DNA of 64,000 nucleotides, taken from Epithemia pelagica. Its lineage: Eukaryota > Protista > Bacillariophyta. Shown piece by piece: positions 59,605 to 64,000 of this stretch. A program made the translations under genes and the position numbers. The notes below the pieces were generated by a model. The model was not told where the DNA came from, searched no databases, and was given only the letters and a program-made list of their open reading frames with translations. Position 1 is the first letter of the stretch. The number at the start of each line of letters is the position of its first letter. Location: assembly GCA_946965045.2 (NCBI GenBank), contig OX337237.1, positions 248,001-312,000 on the forward strand, written 5' to 3'.

Positions 59605-60432
59605 GGTGTTGATAATGGCGGTAGTGTTGCTAGTGGATGTCTTGCGTTTCAAGTTTTGGGACTTGAGATTTTATGAACACAAGTGTAATGGTTTTTGTTC
59701 CATCACCGGTTGGTGGAGCGTTGGTCCGTTTCAATCCAACATTTTCATTCAACGGCTCCTGGCTCTGTCACGGTCGGAAAGGCAACCTACATGGCATCTC
59801 TGTTGTGTTTCTGCCCTCGTGTGTCACAGTGTTGTTTCCCCTTCTAACAAACCCACCAGGCAGTAAGGGATGGTGTATTGTGGGGGAATTGAGAAACATG
59901 AAGGAGAGAGCGACACCAGAAAAAGACACGGTCCAAAAAGATGCACGATCCATGCATTTAAAAGGATAAGAATGTGAGTGAAGCAAGAAGCAACCGACAC
60001 AGACAGAAAGCCGTGTCAACATTCGAGAGAGAAAAGACACACCATCACCCTCGGAGTCTCGAACGAACGAACGAACGAATGGTGGTGGCCAAAGGAAGGC
60101 TAGCCAAGTCGCCCGGATTGGGCTCGTATCAATTTAGAGACCATAATAAATTAATCGAGGTGAGGCCAAGCAGGCCGTGCGTTTGAATTGCCTTTCTGGA
60201 TGGAAGAAGGAGACGACGTCTATCAAACTCTTCCCAGTGCGGGAAAGCGCACGATTCGTAGAATTAACTACGGCGAGGACACTCCGTTCTGGAAGGTGCC
60301 GACGCGGCATCCGAGTTTCTTAGGCGAAAGGCATCCGTTGAAAAAACTTTTGGCGCGCGCCGCTCCTCTGGTGGGACTCACCTCCGTGGACGTTGGCGGT
60401 TTGGTCTTGAGATCCAAACGTGCACCCGCCAC

Positions 60433-61104
60433 GTGTTAAATGAGACAGTCAAGATCGAAAAATCCAGAAGAATCTCTGCTGGCACCCATAAAAACAACAG
60501 CTCTATCAGCATGGTTTCGGCTCAATATCCCGACCATTCTACATGGACACGCTTATGTCGCTTTCGGGTGACGGTTTTCAGTCCCAAGAGGACCTCCTTT
60601 CAAGTGATTTTGCCCGTCGAGTTCGGTCTGCACCACTTGCTTGCCTTTGTGTGGGAGCATTGCCATTTGGATGTTGCGTCAGGAGGTATCGAGCAGTTTG
60701 ACCAATGTGTATGGGTCTGCGAGATCGCGCAAGAAGGTCCTAATATCGGACAAACCTATGGTGTCACCTACGGTCGGCATTCGGCGCCTGATCCTGGATT
60801 GCCCTTGGATGGGGCCAGCCATACGGCACCCCTGCTTCACGCTTGTGCGAATGGACAGCCACTGGACACCAAAGGGTTCCAAACGGACTTCACCTTTTGG
60901 GCCAGGTCAGAGTGCGACGACCCGACAAAGGAACCCATGACCAAACGACAATTGGTAAAAAATCACAACATCAAAATTATTCTCACCTGTGCAGGCCACC
61001 ACGTTCATGATCTTGCCAAGAAGGTTGGGCCACCCAATCCTTCTGCACAATATCCTCAGCTTGTGGAGCAATCAGAAGGATCCTGTGCCTGTGTTTTGCT
61101 GTGA
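60433..61104 (+). CDS. Hypothetical protein
   Basis: A 223-codon ORF of globular composition in otherwise low-complexity DNA. No motif recognised; it may join the ORF at 60188-60439. Confidence 0.45.
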   Translation: MLNETVKIEKSRRISAGTHKNNSSISMVSAQYPDHSTWTRLCRFRVTVFSPKRTSFQVILPVEFGLHHLLAFVWEHCHLDVASGGIEQFDQCVWVCEIAQEGPNIGQTYGVTYGRHSAPDPGLPLDGASHTAPLLHACANGQPLDTKGFQTDFTFWARSECDDPTKEPMTKRQLVKNHNIKIILTCAGHHVHDLAKKVGPPNPSAQYPQLVEQSEGSCACVLL

Positions 61105-61309
61105 GCAAAGGATATCGAGGAGGATTTTCAAATGTGTGTACTATGTGTTGACCAAACATGCAAAATAATAACCAATCACGAGCCGCTCAAGACAGTGAGA
61201 GTGTCTTTTCCTCTCATTTTTTCGTGTCTCTCTCTGTGTTCTTGAAAAGACACTCACTTTTGTCTCGGTGGTCCAAAGGTATCATCATTCATCATTCATC
61301 ATCGCTACC

Positions 61310-61699
61310 ATGGCATTTCATTCTGGTTCCCATCGGCCCCATCGGGTACTGCACTACACTCCTCACCGTAAAACCAAAACGTCGTCGTCTTTGTCAACGA
61401 CAACGACCGCCCACACGCAGGATCGAGAGGAACGACTCGACACCACGAATGGACCATTCGATTCTTCCCGAGACGACGACGCCGACGACCATGGACGACG
61501 ACACCTCTCCCAATTACATACTCCAGCACCACGTGACAGGGATCCAAACACAACAACTAGGTTTGAGGATGTGGGCCTGGCACGCAAGCTGGGTCGTATC
61601 AAGAGACGCTTGTTCTGGCAAGCAGTTCACCACCACCACCACCACCACCACGCGGCATTTCTCAAACACTACAACAACAATCACGAGTGCCAAAAGTAA
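61310..61699 (+). CDS. Hypothetical small protein
   Basis: Open frame with a basic amphipathic stretch VGLARKLGRIKRRLFWQAV and a poly-His run. Competing frames overlap it. Confidence 0.3.
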   Translation: MAFHSGSHRPHRVLHYTPHRKTKTSSSLSTTTTAHTQDREERLDTTNGPFDSSRDDDADDHGRRHLSQLHTPAPRDRDPNTTTRFEDVGLARKLGRIKRRLFWQAVHHHHHHHHAAFLKHYNNNHECQK

Positions 61700-62663
61700 T
61701 TGGTGGGCAGTGCGGACCCCCCAGAAAACACGAATCCACGTCGTCCGCGGATACGACGACAATGGCGACAACGACGACAAGGAGCTGTCTCATGTGCCTC
61801 CGTTTCATGGATTGACTCTCATGAGCATTTCGTGTTCCTAGTAGGCAGCAGCAGTTGAAACACACACACGCAGACACTTAAGTATCTCCCATTCATGCAT
61901 CCATCATGATCATGGACATTCTAGAATAGTACTTGTATGGTATGATTTGTCCTGGAACCCGGTGACACCAAACTCTATTCGGCTCTAGCTAGAAAACGAT
62001 CTATCCGGGTAGCTTATGCGCAAGCCCGCCATACGACGTGCGCGTAAGATCCTTGGCAGGCGAGTCGGCCTCCATCCTCCTCTCCACAATGGCGCCGTTC
62101 TATTTGGAAGGATGTTGCGGGTTTGTCGACGTTGCTTCTTACGCAGTCTGTTGCGGTTTCGCCAAGCACCCTGATGGATCGTGTGTATTGCCGTGAGTGA
62201 CGACAACGGACCGAAAAAGTCCCCGTGCGAAATGTGGTTGTTGCGTCGTTTGGTTCCACCGAATCCGACCGGAATCTCCAACAACGAGAGGAGAGGTTCG
62301 CAGTAACATGACTCGACGACCATCCTGAATGCTGACTGACTGATATTGGATGAATGAATGTTGTGCGAGTGAACACACCCAACCACCAAGACACATTGTA
62401 TTCTATTATACGCTCGCGTCTCGTGCAGCACACACGCGCAAGTTTGGTTCATTCGCGCCACCAAGAGAATTCCAGAGACTCTTTTGTGAGACAGAGTCAA
62501 TCTCTCTTGTGTCAGGGAGAACAGCACGAAACCACCAAACAAACGACAGGAGAATTGTACAATTCTTTCTCTCTCTCTCTGTTTGCCACACACAAGTTTA
62601 CTCCTTGTCACCAAAAGAATCCACAGCAGCAGCGTCAGTAGCTCTATTGTAAAGGCAGAGAAA

Positions 62664-64000
62664 ATGACCAAAAAGGGTCTTTTTCTTCGACAAACGTCGC
62701 CTTGGAGGAGACGACGCGGGGCTCAGGACAAACGAATCCACTATGAGAAACTAGTAGAGGATTCTCCCACGGAACGCACAGTCGCATCATGGAGTGAAGG
62801 GACCAGCGACGACCCACCCACGAAATCCAACAATGGTACGTACAAGACACACTGGATCCGAACTGTCGGCTCCATATTATCCATTGGTGCAATAAACTGT
62901 TTGTTTTTGTTGTTGTTCCTCACGGATTCGGACAAACTCTGGTTTCCTTCTGGAAATTTGGGGGCGACTCTTTATTTTGTTCAGTGGATCCACGGCAGAT
63001 CATCCAAACCGTTCCAACCACGGATACCGAAGACAGCGAAAGCCACACGGAAGAGGGGCACGACGACACTCTGGACGCAGGTTCGTCGCCCAAGGAGGCT
63101 CGATTATTGGAAGCGACTCGACAAGACTTGGTACGATCCATTCACCGCCTGGAACGCAAGGTTCCATTCGACAGCCCGTGTCAACAGGCACAGGTGTCTC
63201 GTCGTCTCCACGACGTGCAACAGCAATTGCAGTCGTGTGTCGAGCAGTCGCTGAGGGCTCACACGGCGGCCGCCCCACGGGCACCACCCAAGGAATCCTG
63301 GCAGGCTGATGCCGTGGAAGAGTATCTGGGACCCTTGTTGGCACATGGGTTTGAATTTATCTCATCCAAGGATGCTCATGGATTGTGGACCAGTGGTGAC
63401 GAATTACCACCATTCCAATTCCACACGAATGGTCGACCCGTCTTTGTTGTCAATGTGTCCTTTTTGGTCGACTCGTCGTCGACATGCACCACCACCACCG
63501 TTTCCGAGGCACCACCATGGCCCCTACCGTCTTCCTCGTCGTCGTTGCATGGCCCATTGCAACCCCAACAATTACACGCACGATCCACGCCACGAAAAAA
63601 GCGTTCCTCGATCTATCGTTGGTGGACCAATCTCGAAGTGACACGTCAACTCGAAGCCGCACTCGAGCGAAAATTGGCCAATGACGCAGTCATTTCGATG
63701 CAAGATTGTCACTATTGGATTGTCCCTTTTTCTGCCTCATTGTCGTCGTCGTTGTCCAAAGAAGAAGAGGAAGAGGATGAAACCAATCTCTTGTGGTGCT
63801 GGTACGACCATCAATGGTCTCCCTGGTGTCCTCCCGAACCACCGGAACACGTGACGGCCACAGTGACCACGACCGAACTAGAGTTGGAATGGAGCATGGC
63901 GGACACCAGCAAGAAGAATAGTGTCGCGGTGTCACTCTTTTCCTGCCAGTCGTCGTCGCTGCTCCGAACGGTCACGAGTCAGTTTTCCTCCTGTTCCTGG
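62664..64000 (+). CDS. Hypothetical protein with the start of a probable fibronectin type III domain, 2 exons, incomplete at the window end
   Basis: Exon 1 is 62664-62835. The GTACGT...GTTCAG intron at 62836-62984 joins it to a stop-free frame running from 62985 to 64000. That frame ends in CPPEPPEHVTATVTTTELELEWS, which looks like FN3 strands A and B. It is absent from the supplied ORF track. Confidence 0.7.

Noticed and set aside
1-64000. rRNA, tRNA or telomeric repeats
   Set aside because: None recognised by eye. tRNAscan-SE or Infernal would be needed to exclude small RNAs.

Overview
Eukaryotic nuclear DNA, most likely from a pennate diatom. This is inferred from short (~100-150 nt) GT-AG introns, poly-N/T/Q low-complexity coding tracts, a CHASE-cyclase gene and a LINE resembling the diatom Ambal clade. 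Apparently intact genes: a Kelch protein, a Patched/NPC1-like SSD protein, a 2960-aa cyclophilin + FG/NPF-repeat protein, an MscS channel, a Ser/Thr kinase, a GT2 glycosyltransferase, a GPI-type surface protein and an FN3-like protein that runs off the right end. The centre (~20-48 kb) is a turnover zone. It holds a putative DDE transposase of a poorly described family and a triplicated exostosin (GT47) unit with only one clearly intact copy, interrupted by a 5'-truncated LINE. It also holds decayed ankyrin-like relics, a HECT ligase pseudogene and three paralogues of an unrecognised small acidic secreted protein, two of them on the arms of a ~790-bp inverted repeat. Several long frames are broken by single in-frame stops. 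All family calls come from motifs recognised by eye; no database searches were run.
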